Positions 10,185 to 20,319 are shown, counted from the stretch's first letter. The stretch is 64,000 bases of DNA from Candidatus Bathyarchaeota archaeon (GCA_963720565.1 CAVRFW010000006.1:25944-89943), one strand, 5' to 3'. Notes: a model not told the origin generated them from the letters alone. Numbers and translations: made by a program.

Positions 10185-11079
10185 CTATCTTTTGTGTTCT
10201 TTCTCATATAATGCCTTGGCAAGAAGTGCTGCGCCAATGGCACCTGCAACCATTGGATCTAATCCTTGGTCTCTCCAATTTGGCGTAGGGAGACACTTAA
10301 CACCCAGAATAGTCTCTATTCTGGAAACGATTCCGATGTTCTTAGATTGCCCACCCGTGATAACCAGTTCTTTCTCGAGGCCCACCCTGTTGATGAGGTT
10401 GCCCATCCTGACTGCCATTGCACGTGTGTAGGCTGCCAAAACTTTCTCCTTAGACCAGCCTTTGCGCAGCAGTCCCACTGCCTCAGTTTTCGCGAAGGCT
10501 ACACAAGTGCAGCTTACTGGAGGAGGTTCCTCGTCAACACTCAATGATACGGAACCCATGTCTTCAATCGGGATTTTCAGCAGGTCAGCAAACACTTCCA
10601 TGCCCCTACCGGTGCCGGCAGCGCACTTGTCATTCATCAGAAATGAGGTGACCCGACCGGTCTCGTCACATCGAATCGCTTTTATGTCTTGGCCGCCAAC
10701 ATCCAGGACAGTTCTGACACTCGGTCCCCAAATGTAGTTCGCGCCTTTCGCGTGGCAGGCAATTTCAGTGATAGCTTTATTCGCCATAGGAACGTTAACT
10801 CTTCCATAGCCAGTTCCGACTATATACTTGAAATCGACTAGTCCTAAGATCAGTTCCTTCCATTGCCCAGCTCAGAGCTTTCTTGGCACTTTCGGGACTG
10901 TTGGATCCTGTCCGCATTATTCCCCAAGAATAAACTTCTCCGTCGATCAGTATAGCGGCCTTGGAGCCCACTGAACCGACGTCAACGCCTGCGGTGATAA
11001 TTTCCTTGTTTTTCCATTTCTTATTCGAGAAGACTCGATGATATTCCTGCCATCTCCAATACTCAACATCTTCTTTCAC
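10185..11079 (-). CDS. bzdQ: BzdQ-type ATP-dependent activase subunit (ASKHA, BcrAD/BadFG family), frameshift near 10843
   Basis: EYWRW...ITAGVDVGS joined to GTGYGRVNVP, TEIACHAKGANY, DVGGQD and MNDKCAAGTGRGMEV. Removing one base fuses the two ORFs. Confidence 0.85.
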
Positions 11080-11089
11080 TGGTTTTTAC

Positions 11090-11875
11090 TCATTTCTGCG
11101 ACCTCTTGACTTTGTCGGCAGCTACTAAAGCTGCTCCGAGCGCTCCAGCGAATTCAGGATACGCAGGTATCAATACGTCGATACTTAGCTTTCTTTTTAA
11201 TGAAGCGAGGAATCCGACGTCTTTGGCGACGCCACCCACCAGAATGACTTCAGGGTTTACTCCAAGTCTGTGAACCATGGATGAGACGCGGTCAGCCATT
11301 GCGTCAAAAACCGCGCGCGCTATCTCGGGTTTTGATTCTTGACGATGAATCAAAGTCACAACATCCGACTCTCCGAAAATAACGCAGCTTGCGTTTATCG
11401 GGCTTGCTCGTTCCGCTTTAAGCGAAAGGGGCCCCATCTCTTCCAGTTTGACCTCTAATGCCCTCGCCATGGCCTCGATGAACGCGCCGGCACCCGCAGC
11501 ACATCGCTCATTCAGCACAAACTCCACCATAAGACCTTTGTCGTCGCATTTTACTGCTCTTGCTTCTTCTGCTCCAACGTCTATTATCGTTCGGGCTTTC
11601 GGAAACAGGAATACACCTGCTTTCGCGTCTGCACCCATCATGCTTATGGTGCTGTTTGCGTTAATTGCCAACGCCATGCCTGAACCGGTGGCAGCGACGT
11701 GATCAACATCACAGAGTGATAATTTCGCCTTTTTCAGCGCTTCCTCGAGAGCTTGCTCTGCGGCTTTTGTTGGGTCAAATCCCGAAAAAGTTTGACTACG
11801 AGAAATGACCTCTCCGTCTCTCAGGACTACAGCTTTTACGCTTTGTGTGCCTAAATCAACTCCTGCAGTTATCAT
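11090..11875 (-). CDS. bzdP: BzdP-type ATP-dependent activase subunit
   Basis: ITAGVDLGT, DVGAEEARA, NERCAAGAGAF and ASCVIFGESDVV. Confidence 0.8.
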   Translation of the reverse strand: MITAGVDLGTQSVKAVVLRDGEVISRSQTFSGFDPTKAAEQALEEALKKAKLSLCDVDHVAATGSGMALAINANSTISMMGADAKAGVFLFPKARTIIDVGAEEARAVKCDDKGLMVEFVLNERCAAGAGAFIEAMARALEVKLEEMGPLSLKAERASPINASCVIFGESDVVTLIHRQESKPEIARAVFDAMADRVSSMVHRLGVNPEVILVGGVAKDVGFLASLKRKLSIDVLIPAYPEFAGALGAALVAADKVKRSQK

Positions 11876-11886
11876 TGACGCAGCCT

Positions 11887-13263
11887 CTAGAAATCAATCC
11901 TTGCCGTAAGCATTTCCAAAAAAGCTTCGACTCTCGTCTTCATTTGTCCAACATCTTCTCGTGTGTACTCTGTATCCAAATAATAAACGGGCATATTAAT
12001 CCGGTCTAAGACCTTCTTGACACGAGTATATTCCATTGCGTAGAGCATACAGCCGCGAACAACATAGTAAATTACTCCTTGAATATTCCACTCCTTAACC
12101 TTGTTTAGGAGCCAGTTGATTCGATCTTCGTTTCCGTCTGCAGATGTAAAGCAGGGGCATGTTGAAGCCATAAGATAACGTTCACCGATGGCGTTAAACA
12201 TATCATCCATTGACCATTCATCAACGCCTACAGGATCATAGAGCAGTCTCTCGCCTGAGCATAGTTCGTCAGCAATAAGGACGCCTTGAGGAGTGGCTTC
12301 CTCGACTAAACTGGGCAGTTTCCAATTGTCAGGCCATATCATAGGTGTGCCTGTCACCATTACCCTGGGGGTTTCTGGCGGGCACGCCCATTTCTTTTCT
12401 TGAACTAGTTTTTCAAGCTCGTCACATAGTGTTTCCGTCTTTTCAGTCCAACGTGTTATGTCATCCCACATGTAAGTTTGATTGACAAGCATTGCGTCTC
12501 TGCCCATAATTACGGGATTGCCTTTCCTGAGATCTTGCAGTCGGCGAAAAGCTTTTGTTGCCTTTTGGGTTTTCTCTATTGCCGCTTTGAGTTTCTTAGC
12601 CGTTATCTTGTTTCCAGTTAGCGCTTCGATTTGTCCTTTGAGAGTCATTATTTCTTCTCTCCAGAAACGCATGGACTGCGCCGAATCCTTCACTCTCGGT
12701 AACGGCATAGACCAGACCGTCTGGTAGTCGCTCAGGATTTCGCCCATTTTTGTCATGCCGTCACAGGTTAGCACACTGATTAGTGCATCGCTCATTTCAA
12801 GATAAGGGGATAGGCCTATCATCTTGGCGCCTATGGTGGATCTTACAACTGGGCAGACTTCCACGGGCACGACGCGGTCTCCGAGTTTGGAGGTGTCATA
12901 CCAGCCAGAGTTGACCCGAACGGGGATGGCATCCGCAGCCAAAATCAGTTCGGTAGGGGCGAACAAGCAAGTGTAGCCGATGACTTTTTTTCCGGCTTCT
13001 TTTGCTGCGCGAATCTCTTTTTCCCGCATGCCAAAAAAGTCCGCGACCTCATCGAAGTACTGCATTGTTTCAGGACGATGTTTTGAGGTTTTTTTCATTC
13101 TGGCGATGTTTTCAGCCATGACTTTTTGGGAAGCAGCCTTGATTGATTCCCTGAGTTCGTCTATTTCTTTTTGAGAGATTTCAGGTACGTATTTTCTTTC
13201 TTGTTGTTTTTCTTGTTGTTTTTCTTTCATCCTTCTCACTCGCTGTCGGTCGGCTTGAGCCAA
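11887..13263 (-). CDS. 2-hydroxyacyl-CoA dehydratase family protein, double-cubane-cluster (DCCP) type
   Basis: Cys motifs YTCLF, VCPVV, TCDG, DELCSG, TCPCF and RGCMLY, plus the C-terminal GQMKTRVEAFLEM. Confidence 0.85.
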   Translation of the reverse strand: MAQADRQRVRRMKEKQQEKQQERKYVPEISQKEIDELRESIKAASQKVMAENIARMKKTSKHRPETMQYFDEVADFFGMREKEIRAAKEAGKKVIGYTCLFAPTELILAADAIPVRVNSGWYDTSKLGDRVVPVEVCPVVRSTIGAKMIGLSPYLEMSDALISVLTCDGMTKMGEILSDYQTVWSMPLPRVKDSAQSMRFWREEIMTLKGQIEALTGNKITAKKLKAAIEKTQKATKAFRRLQDLRKGNPVIMGRDAMLVNQTYMWDDITRWTEKTETLCDELEKLVQEKKWACPPETPRVMVTGTPMIWPDNWKLPSLVEEATPQGVLIADELCSGERLLYDPVGVDEWSMDDMFNAIGERYLMASTCPCFTSADGNEDRINWLLNKVKEWNIQGVIYYVVRGCMLYAMEYTRVKKVLDRINMPVYYLDTEYTREDVGQMKTRVEAFLEMLTARIDF

Positions 13264-14231
13264 TTCCTAGATTTGAAGATTGTTTTCCTGCCCATGTTTA
13301 GTTTCAGACATCCTTCGTAGGGGCACATTTCTACGCATCGGAGGCATAACGTGCACATTGAGGTGGTTATTTTTCCTCCTTTCTGTTCGTAAATTTCGGT
13401 TACTTGTACGGGACAGACTCTTTTGCATATTCCACATTTTGTGCATTTTTCTTCGTCTTTGTCAAGATGAAGTGCTGGAGCCCACTTGAACCCTCTAAAC
13501 CTGTTTACAACGGCGATAGACGAACCAGTTGGACAGAACCTACACCAAACGCGTCTTACCAGGAAAGATCCTGCCACAGTCAATGTAACAAAAACTACTG
13601 CCAACACTAAGCCTATAGTACCGCTAAGATCTATTGCGCTGGAGTAATCAAGTATTTCCTGGATGTAAGGATAGCTGAAATATAAACCGCCGATTTCCAA
13701 CGGGCCTTTCCAAGGTACAATCAGAGTTATTATTGGCCCAAGCAAAACGCTTAGTGGTTTGAACGGTCCCGCAAGGATTAGGGCCAAAACGATCCCGAAG
13801 TCTAATGTCGGCGGAGGATCTATTGCATATAGGACAAAGGGTATAATCAGGAAAAATAGGAATAGCACATACCTGAAATTGTGCAGGTACTTGTTTAGTT
13901 TTTCTGGGAGGTTTCGGTGGCGTATTTTGAAAAGCTTCCGGACTACTGTAATCAAGTCCATGTAGAATGCGAATGGGCAGAGCCAACCGCAGAAGAGGCG
14001 CCCTAGAACAAGCGGGATTAAGAAAATTACTCCTATCACATAGAGCAGTTGTATGGGATTCGTGAAGATGTAGAAAATCGCGATAAAAGACACGGCCTGA
14101 ACAACAAATCGTAGGTAGGTTACTTTTGTGGCGAGACCTTTTTTCCATATAAGGATAACGAGGATCCCCGCTATGGCAATTCCTGCGAGAACGGTTATCT
14201 TGAGTATTTCCGCCAGGATTTCTATCATCAC
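13236..14231 (-). CDS. Membrane 4Fe-4S protein (NapH/MauN/YccM-like)
   Basis: Several TM helices, GRLFCGWLCP and RVWCRFCP motifs, and two C-terminal CxxCxxCxxxCP motifs. Confidence 0.9.
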   Translation of the reverse strand: MMIEILAEILKITVLAGIAIAGILVILIWKKGLATKVTYLRFVVQAVSFIAIFYIFTNPIQLLYVIGVIFLIPLVLGRLFCGWLCPFAFYMDLITVVRKLFKIRHRNLPEKLNKYLHNFRYVLFLFFLIIPFVLYAIDPPPTLDFGIVLALILAGPFKPLSVLLGPIITLIVPWKGPLEIGGLYFSYPYIQEILDYSSAIDLSGTIGLVLAVVFVTLTVAGSFLVRRVWCRFCPTGSSIAVVNRFRGFKWAPALHLDKDEEKCTKCGICKRVCPVQVTEIYEQKGGKITTSMCTLCLRCVEMCPYEGCLKLNMGRKTIFKSRNWLKPTDSE

Positions 14232-14241
14232 TTTTAGCCGC

Positions 14242-14934
14242 CTATGTGACCAAGATTGCGCTTATCAGAGTGCTAAATCCGAGAACCACCAAGAACACAC
14301 CGCCAAGTATGGATATCCACCTTCTAAAATGTGGTGCCTTATTTAGAAGCCAGCCTGTGACTCCGGCTACAATCAGCATTGGAGACAGAGCTGTGCCTAT
14401 TCCGAACAGTATGGCTACGATGAGACTGTCAAACTGAGTTGCAAATGCTGTAGAGTAAGTGACCAGGAGCAGTAGTAATGGTGGACATACAATTAGACCT
14501 CTGCTTAGACCAAGCGAGAAAGCGTGTAAATCGAATTTTCGGTTAGTACTGTTCAATGTTAAGTTTGTCTTGCCCGTTGGGACGCAATTGTCGCAGGAAT
14601 GCAATGTTTGTCTGCTCTTGAGTAGTATGTTAACGCCGATTGCGATTGTAACAAAGGCGAAGGCAAAGGAAGAGTATGTTTGGAATGAAGAGAGAATTTG
14701 ATCGCTCAAGATAATTTTAAACAAGCCAATTGCTGCACCAATGAGCGCATAAGCTGTCACGCGACCTGAATTATATAAAAGTGTTACAAATATTCCCTCC
14801 CGGAACCCAGCTCCTATGCCTGCAATATAACTTGCTAGGTATGGCAAACATGCTGAGGTACAGAATACGAATCCATACGAAAGCCCTACTGCAAAAGCGG
14901 CAATATACGGATTTGTGATTCCAAGCAGGGACAT
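14242..14934 (-). CDS. CcdA/DsbD_2-like transmembrane protein
   Basis: About six TM helices, FCTSACLP, YNSGRVTAY, GLIVCPP and FGIGT motifs. Confidence 0.8.
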   Translation of the reverse strand: MSLLGITNPYIAAFAVGLSYGFVFCTSACLPYLASYIAGIGAGFREGIFVTLLYNSGRVTAYALIGAAIGLFKIILSDQILSSFQTYSSFAFAFVTIAIGVNILLKSRQTLHSCDNCVPTGKTNLTLNSTNRKFDLHAFSLGLSRGLIVCPPLLLLLVTYSTAFATQFDSLIVAILFGIGTALSPMLIVAGVTGWLLNKAPHFRRWISILGGVFLVVLGFSTLISAILVT

Positions 14935-15086
14935 TGGTTGTGTCTCTTTTGATTTTTGGTTAAAGGAAATAGATAAGAGAGCATTTAAAGCTTACACAAT
15001 ATAGCACAATTTACGGATTCAAAGGATTACAAGCTCTTGACAAATATTCTTCTGCACAGGGGTTCAGTGTGAGACCCATTCTCTCT

Positions 15087-17327
15087 CTACGGCGAAGTAA
15101 TTACTCTGGTGTTGTACTCTTGCAGGTAGTTCAGGTGTTCTTGATCATATGGGTAGCTTTCTGTTGATGGATAAGGGAAGCCACTCATGTTGAGGAAGGG
15201 CAACGGGTCTACAGTCCAGTTGAATCCGTAACCCCAGTTTCCTGGTGGGTCCTTAAACCAGCAAGCGACGAACAGGAAGTAGTCTCTTTCCATGCCCTCT
15301 TCAAGTGGCGATAGGTTCTCGGTTGAGAACTTCATGGAGACTTTGTCACCTTGCATTCCGATTACGTACATGTCATCAGCTTCCAGAAGTAAGGGGGTTA
15401 CATCGCCATACTTGGTGAATGCTCCTGAGGCGGTCGACTTTGTGTCGCCGAAGCCAATCTGCTCCAGAACGGCGGTAGGGTTGATTCTCTGGATTATGAC
15501 GGCTTCTTGGGGAGAAGTGTCTATTGCTATGTAGTCGAAGGTTACATTCCAGTAATTGTTAATTCTGATTTGGTATTCGTTAACGTCTTCTGGGAAGATT
15601 CCTGTCAAGTCAACGACGAAACTTCTTGGAACATAATCCGAGGGTATGGGCATCGGCTTATCTTGGGAAACGCGCACCCAATGACCAGTTGAATTTTTAA
15701 CTTCCATGTAAGTAGACGGACAGAGTTGCGTGCCGCTTGGCACTAATCCTTCATCGAACGCTGCCTTAAAGCTGTCTATCCACTCGTAGTAGGGTTCAGC
15801 TTGACCCCAATCGACCATTCCGCGGACTACAAGTTTGATTTCTTGTGCACCAGATAAATCGCCAAGGTTCAATGTCAACTGATTCATTTTGATGTTATCC
15901 CAGGACGGACTGAGAAGCCCATTCAGTCCTGGTGTAAAAACGCCGTCAGGCTCTAGTATTTGACCCAAGACGTCCTCTCCTTTTTCATTGGTGGCTGAGA
16001 GTGGAGATGACAGGTCGTTTTTGCTTACGGAGTAGACTTGACCGTTGAAGAATTGGTTGACATAATTTACCATAGTTGTGTAGACATCCGTTCCAGCTGG
16101 GTGGTCAGCTACTATCAAATAAGCTGCATCAAGGTAGAATATTTCGTCCCATTGCTGAAACAGGACCAAATCATAATAGCCATCTCCGTCCACGTCTCTT
16201 GTCGCTAGCTGGTTTTTATCAAGTTTAACGAAGTCCCATGGGTTTCCGCCGCTGAATACGATATCGCCGTTTTCATCGATGTAATCGATGTAGCCTAGCC
16301 AGCCAGCATTTGAGACCTCGGTGACGTAGACATAATTTGTTCCATTCCAAAAATACAGAGAAGGACAAGATGCATATCCACTGATTAAAGTGTATGAGGC
16401 AACTACGATTAATCGGCTCTCCAGAGTTACCGTTGTCGTAGTGCTAGTAACGCCGTTGCTCCAATAGTCAAACTCGAACACGGCAGTGTCGGTTGTGAAT
16501 GGATTAGGCACTGTAAGAGTATACTGTCCAACAGGCATGAGAGCTGAATATGGAGTCTTATAGGTTTCTCCGTTTAAGGTGAAGGGCAGGGCGGTTGAGC
16601 CTCCTCCTGACCTGTTTACTGTTAGTGTGTGATAGCCTGTTTTCACTATTACAAAGCTCCCACTTAGGCTGTTTACTCTGACTGTGTGCTTTCCTTCGGT
16701 TGTCGCGTTTACCGTGAATGCCACTGTTGTGGTTTCTCCCACTGCTAACTCAATTCTTCTGTTTTCCACCAGCGAATCATCCACGAAAAGTTTAACCGAA
16801 AGGACGTCTGTTTCGGTTCCCGTGTTGCTGGCTACAACTGAGATGGTTATGGGTTCATCAACCCAGCCTTCATAGGGATTTGTAAGTAGGTTTGACAAGC
16901 GTATGCTACTTGCCGTTGGAGGTGCTTCTTTGATCAGGAATGAGCCAGTTAATCCGTCTATTTCAACCGTGTAGTTCCCTATGGCGGAAGCTAGATACAT
17001 GAATTCTACAATGGTTGAGGTGTGGTTACCGGCGAGTATGATTGTTTGGTTTTCAATCAGCACATTATTGATTGTAAGGTTAGCAATGTGGGTGCCCTCA
17101 AGGTCACCTATGTTGGTAACGTTGACCGAGAAGAAAGTTGGCTCACCTTCTTCAGCTTCAACCGGATTAATAGTGAGGTCAGTTACCTTGAATTCACTCG
17201 GTTTCAGTTCGGCAGCGATTAAGCCTTCATTCTGAAGATAAATGTAAGTCCCAGCAGCCACAGCTACGATTATTATGTCAATTATTAGAATCGCTTTCAT
17301 TTTGGTTATGCCTGAGCGGGACAGCAT
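15087..17327 (-). CDS. Large surface protein: N-terminal anchor, two CARDB/Ig-like domains, SCP-motif C-terminal domain
   Basis: RSG-ITKMKAILIIDIIIVAVAAG leader, NVTNIG and ASNTG Ig-like repeats, SCPSLYFWNG, and C-terminal PLPF...YP...EYNTR. ATG at 17327 preferred over the ORF-track start. Confidence 0.8.
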   Translation of the reverse strand: MLSRSGITKMKAILIIDIIIVAVAAGTYIYLQNEGLIAAELKPSEFKVTDLTINPVEAEEGEPTFFSVNVTNIGDLEGTHIANLTINNVLIENQTIILAGNHTSTIVEFMYLASAIGNYTVEIDGLTGSFLIKEAPPTASSIRLSNLLTNPYEGWVDEPITISVVASNTGTETDVLSVKLFVDDSLVENRRIELAVGETTTVAFTVNATTEGKHTVRVNSLSGSFVIVKTGYHTLTVNRSGGGSTALPFTLNGETYKTPYSALMPVGQYTLTVPNPFTTDTAVFEFDYWSNGVTSTTTTVTLESRLIVVASYTLISGYASCPSLYFWNGTNYVYVTEVSNAGWLGYIDYIDENGDIVFSGGNPWDFVKLDKNQLATRDVDGDGYYDLVLFQQWDEIFYLDAAYLIVADHPAGTDVYTTMVNYVNQFFNGQVYSVSKNDLSSPLSATNEKGEDVLGQILEPDGVFTPGLNGLLSPSWDNIKMNQLTLNLGDLSGAQEIKLVVRGMVDWGQAEPYYEWIDSFKAAFDEGLVPSGTQLCPSTYMEVKNSTGHWVRVSQDKPMPIPSDYVPRSFVVDLTGIFPEDVNEYQIRINNYWNVTFDYIAIDTSPQEAVIIQRINPTAVLEQIGFGDTKSTASGAFTKYGDVTPLLLEADDMYVIGMQGDKVSMKFSTENLSPLEEGMERDYFLFVACWFKDPPGNWGYGFNWTVDPLPFLNMSGFPYPSTESYPYDQEHLNYLQEYNTRVITSP

Positions 17328-17591
17328 GAACGTTCGCACTGACAGTAATTGAATCAACGAATATTTATTTGTAACCTTCCAAGATCTGCTTTGACGTTCT
17401 CTCTTCTCAGGAGAAAATGGTTGCTGGCAAACCTTTGACACGAGTATTAAAAAGACAAAGTCTATCCAGAGAGGGAGGTCTACTATCAGTAAATATCACA
17501 GAATATTTAGTCAATTGCTCTTTCAGCGTCAAGGTAAAGAAATGCTTATAGGGTATTGTTGTGGCTTAAAACTTCAGAAGCGCATTGTAAT

Positions 17592-17669
17592 GGGCGGGTA
17601 GATCAGCCTGGTACGATCGCCACGTTGGCATCGTGGAGGCCGCGGGTTCGAATCCCGCCCCGTCCACCA
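17592..17669 (+). tRNA. tRNA-Ala(GGC), CCA encoded
   Basis: Cloverleaf with CCACG-TTGGCAT-CGTGG anticodon arm and the G3:U70 alanine identity pair. Confidence 0.96.
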
Positions 17670-17686
17670 ATCAGATGTTTCATTGG

Positions 17687-18046
17687 TTATGCTTCTTTAG
17701 CAGGTATTCTTCCGCCTATGGCTCGGTTGATGACCTTCGCGTACTTGTTTGTAAGGTTCACTATGTCTTTGTCTGTTTGGTCAGAACCACCGTAGAGGAG
17801 GCCGTTTTGACTGCGTCTGAAAATCACCGACATTTCTTTTCCATCTTTAAGTTTGATTCTTAGCTGAGTAAGGTTGGTGAGAAAGTGCGTTTCGACGATA
17901 GCACCGGAGATGTTTTCAAGGAGAGTCTCTCCTATTATGTTGTCTTTATCGAGAATAAGTAAGCGTTGGTTGGTTACAGCGATGGTGTTTCCCCAACCGG
18001 TTTTGCCTTTGTCTATTATAAGGTGTTCGCCAGGTTTAAGCCTCAC
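17687..18046 (-). CDS. Hypothetical protein, bacterial PH-domain-like
   Basis: IAVTNQRLLI and LRIKLKDG beta pattern; GGGGGCG upstream of the GTG. Confidence 0.6.
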   Translation of the reverse strand: MRLKPGEHLIIDKGKTGWGNTIAVTNQRLLILDKDNIIGETLLENISGAIVETHFLTNLTQLRIKLKDGKEMSVIFRRSQNGLLYGGSDQTDKDIVNLTNKYAKVINRAIGGRIPAKEA

Positions 18047-18151
18047 CTTTTCGCCCCCTTACAGTGTAATATGTTCAAAGATGTTATTATAAATTGAGAC
18101 ATACTTCGAGGTTTTTAATCGAAAAATTATTAGTCTGAGTCGTTCTATAAC

Positions 18152-18586
18152 TTGTTTGGGGAAGTTGGGTGCCCGCGTATGTGCGCCTCCAGTGATTCTT
18201 CAAAGTTTGCAATGCAAGAGAAGAGAAAAGTGCTCAGCATGTTAAGAGAGATGTGGCTAGAAGGAGATTCCCCCTTGCGGCGCATATACTCTTCGTGGGA
18301 GCAGCTTGAGGAAAATTTGGAGTTAACTTCGGAAGCGACAAGCACAGAGAAGCGCACACTCAAGCCATGCCCTTACTGCGGCGCAAACCAGAATGTAGCT
18401 GTACCGATAGCGGGGATTTTTCCATATCAAAACTGCAAATCATGCAAAAATGCCTTCCATGTCAGCAAGAACTTGATTGTAAGAGAGCTAACTGATGAAG
18501 AGAAAAGAGAAATACCCAACGCGTGGTTTCAGGTCATCGAAGATTTGAGCAGGAAAAAAGTGGCAGTGGTTTTCAGAATAGAGTGA
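18152..18586 (+). CDS. Zinc-ribbon hypothetical protein (start uncertain)
   Basis: CPYC...CKSC pair. Confidence 0.6.
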   Translation: MFGEVGCPRMCASSDSSKFAMQEKRKVLSMLREMWLEGDSPLRRIYSSWEQLEENLELTSEATSTEKRTLKPCPYCGANQNVAVPIAGIFPYQNCKSCKNAFHVSKNLIVRELTDEEKREIPNAWFQVIEDLSRKKVAVVFRIE

Positions 18587-18900
18587 AATAACGGCAGACG
18601 CTCTCCTATCGCACTCTTGTAAATCCCTTCAATTCACCTCTTTGATTGCTGTTTCTTTCGCGTTTGACTTCGGAACTGCAGCAATTCGTCAAATGCGCGT
18701 GCGCTAACTTGATTAAGAATCCTTTAGAGATACATAAAAACTTGCAAAACTACTTTGCTTTTTAGGCGTTAAATGAGTTTGAAGATTTCTTGGGAAAGCA
18801 TTTCTACAGACTATTATTCGGGGTACTAAAATGTCGCGTAAAAACTGAAGTAAGCTTCAAACGAAGAGTGAATAAAAAGAAAAAAGTGGGTGCAGTTGGC

Positions 18901-19482
18901 TTAGTAGTTTTCTACCCAGACTTCGAAGTAGCTTTGCTCGTGGCTACAGACGGGACACGGTGATGGTGCTTCGCTGCCCTCGTGCACGTAACCGCAGTTT
19001 CGGCATTTCCACTTGATTGGTGCATCTTTCTTGAAAACTTTGCCTTGGCGTACATTGGCCAGAAGCTTTAGGTAGCGTTTCTCATGGTAGGCCTCTACTT
19101 TAGCCACATTCCTGAAAGTTGAGGCAACATCCGTGAAGCCTTCTTGGTCAGCTACTTCTGCAAACTGAGGGTACAAAGTGCCCCATTCCAGATTCTCACC
19201 ATCGGCGGCTGCCTTCAAATTCCCCGAAGTTGGTCCTATGATCCCTGCTGGATAAGACGCGGTTATTTCAACATCTCCGCCTTGCAGATGTTTAAAGAAA
19301 AGTTCTGCATGTTCTTTCTCGTTGTCCGCAGTCTCCTGGAATATTGCAGCTATCTGCTCGTATCCTTCTTTCTTGGCTTTGCTGGAAAAGAAAGTGTACC
19401 TGGTTCTAGCCTGAGATTCGCCTGCAAACGATGCCAAAAGATTCCTCTCTGTTTTGCTGCCTTTCAAATCCATGACGTTCAA
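18901..19482 (-). CDS. rbr: Rubrerythrin
   Basis: FAGESQARTRY, NEKEHA, VEAYHE and the rubredoxin-like WKCRNCG...CPVC. Confidence 0.95.
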   Translation of the reverse strand: MNVMDLKGSKTERNLLASFAGESQARTRYTFFSSKAKKEGYEQIAAIFQETADNEKEHAELFFKHLQGGDVEITASYPAGIIGPTSGNLKAAADGENLEWGTLYPQFAEVADQEGFTDVASTFRNVAKVEAYHEKRYLKLLANVRQGKVFKKDAPIKWKCRNCGYVHEGSEAPSPCPVCSHEQSYFEVWVENY

Positions 19483-19635
19483 TCTCCTATTGGCAGTCTA
19501 TTGGAATTGAACAATAAAAGGGTTGCTTGGACTGCCTATTTACCTTAATTGGAAAACTCGTTTCACATGGACCATGGTTCTTAGCAAAAGATATTGAGGT
19601 AATTCTCTATTTTCCGTATGTTTTTTTCTCATTAG

Positions 19636-20319
19636 TTGACGCAATGTTCAAAAGAAACCGCTAATCATGATACGGTAACAATGATACCCTTATTGAATGT
19701 TAACTGGCAAGATCTTTCCACGCCTTATTCACCGGGCTACCGAGACACTGAAGTATTAGCCTTCATAGAAGAGGAAGACATGACCACGTTCACATTTGAT
19801 GGCCTGAAGCGCAGACTTGGCTTGCATCCTGAGACGCTTTCGCGTATACTTAATAGGCTAGAGCAAGAGGGTATAGTCAAGAAAAACTCGGATGGTTACA
19901 CGGTAACTCCGAAAATCACCAAACTCGGACTCCGCCTTCAACACAATGAAGAACCAAGCACACCATTATTGCAGACATTTCTACCCTCCGATGTGCTTCC
20001 TCATCACCTTATTGCCAAGATCAAGGGAAAATGGTTCGGGAGCCTTCGTTGGTTAGGCGTATCAGAGAACAGTGAAGGCGTCAGATTGAAGTGGATAACA
20101 GAAGACGGCGGTATCCAGCTGAATGCAAAAATTCAGGGAACCGAGCTTAGCATAGAGGCGAAGTTTTTAACGTGCAGTGACCTTGACTTGGCTTTGAAAG
20201 CTGCGTACCAGCTGATGGCATACATAAGCAGACAGTGCGCGGGTACAAGACTGGCGAGGCATGTATCAATCTACGGCAACTCAAATGCGTATCCTTACGC
20301 TTACTTCACTGTTGCATAA
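19636..20319 (+). CDS. Winged-helix transcriptional regulator with an uncharacterised C-terminal domain
   Basis: FDGLKRRLGLHPETLSRILNRLEQEGIV. Start may be the ATG at 19681. Confidence 0.75.
   Translation: MTQCSKETANHDTVTMIPLLNVNWQDLSTPYSPGYRDTEVLAFIEEEDMTTFTFDGLKRRLGLHPETLSRILNRLEQEGIVKKNSDGYTVTPKITKLGLRLQHNEEPSTPLLQTFLPSDVLPHHLIAKIKGKWFGSLRWLGVSENSEGVRLKWITEDGGIQLNAKIQGTELSIEAKFLTCSDLDLALKAAYQLMAYISRQCAGTRLARHVSIYGNSNAYPYAYFTVA

Noticed and set aside
10185..13263. Complete canonical benzoyl-CoA reductase
   Set aside because: Only one HgdAB-family subunit is present, with no BzdN/O pair and no CoA ligase or ring-cleavage genes in the window.
17670..18900. Provirus or island downstream of tRNA-Ala
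   Set aside because: Only two small hypothetical genes; no att repeat, integrase or viral hallmark.
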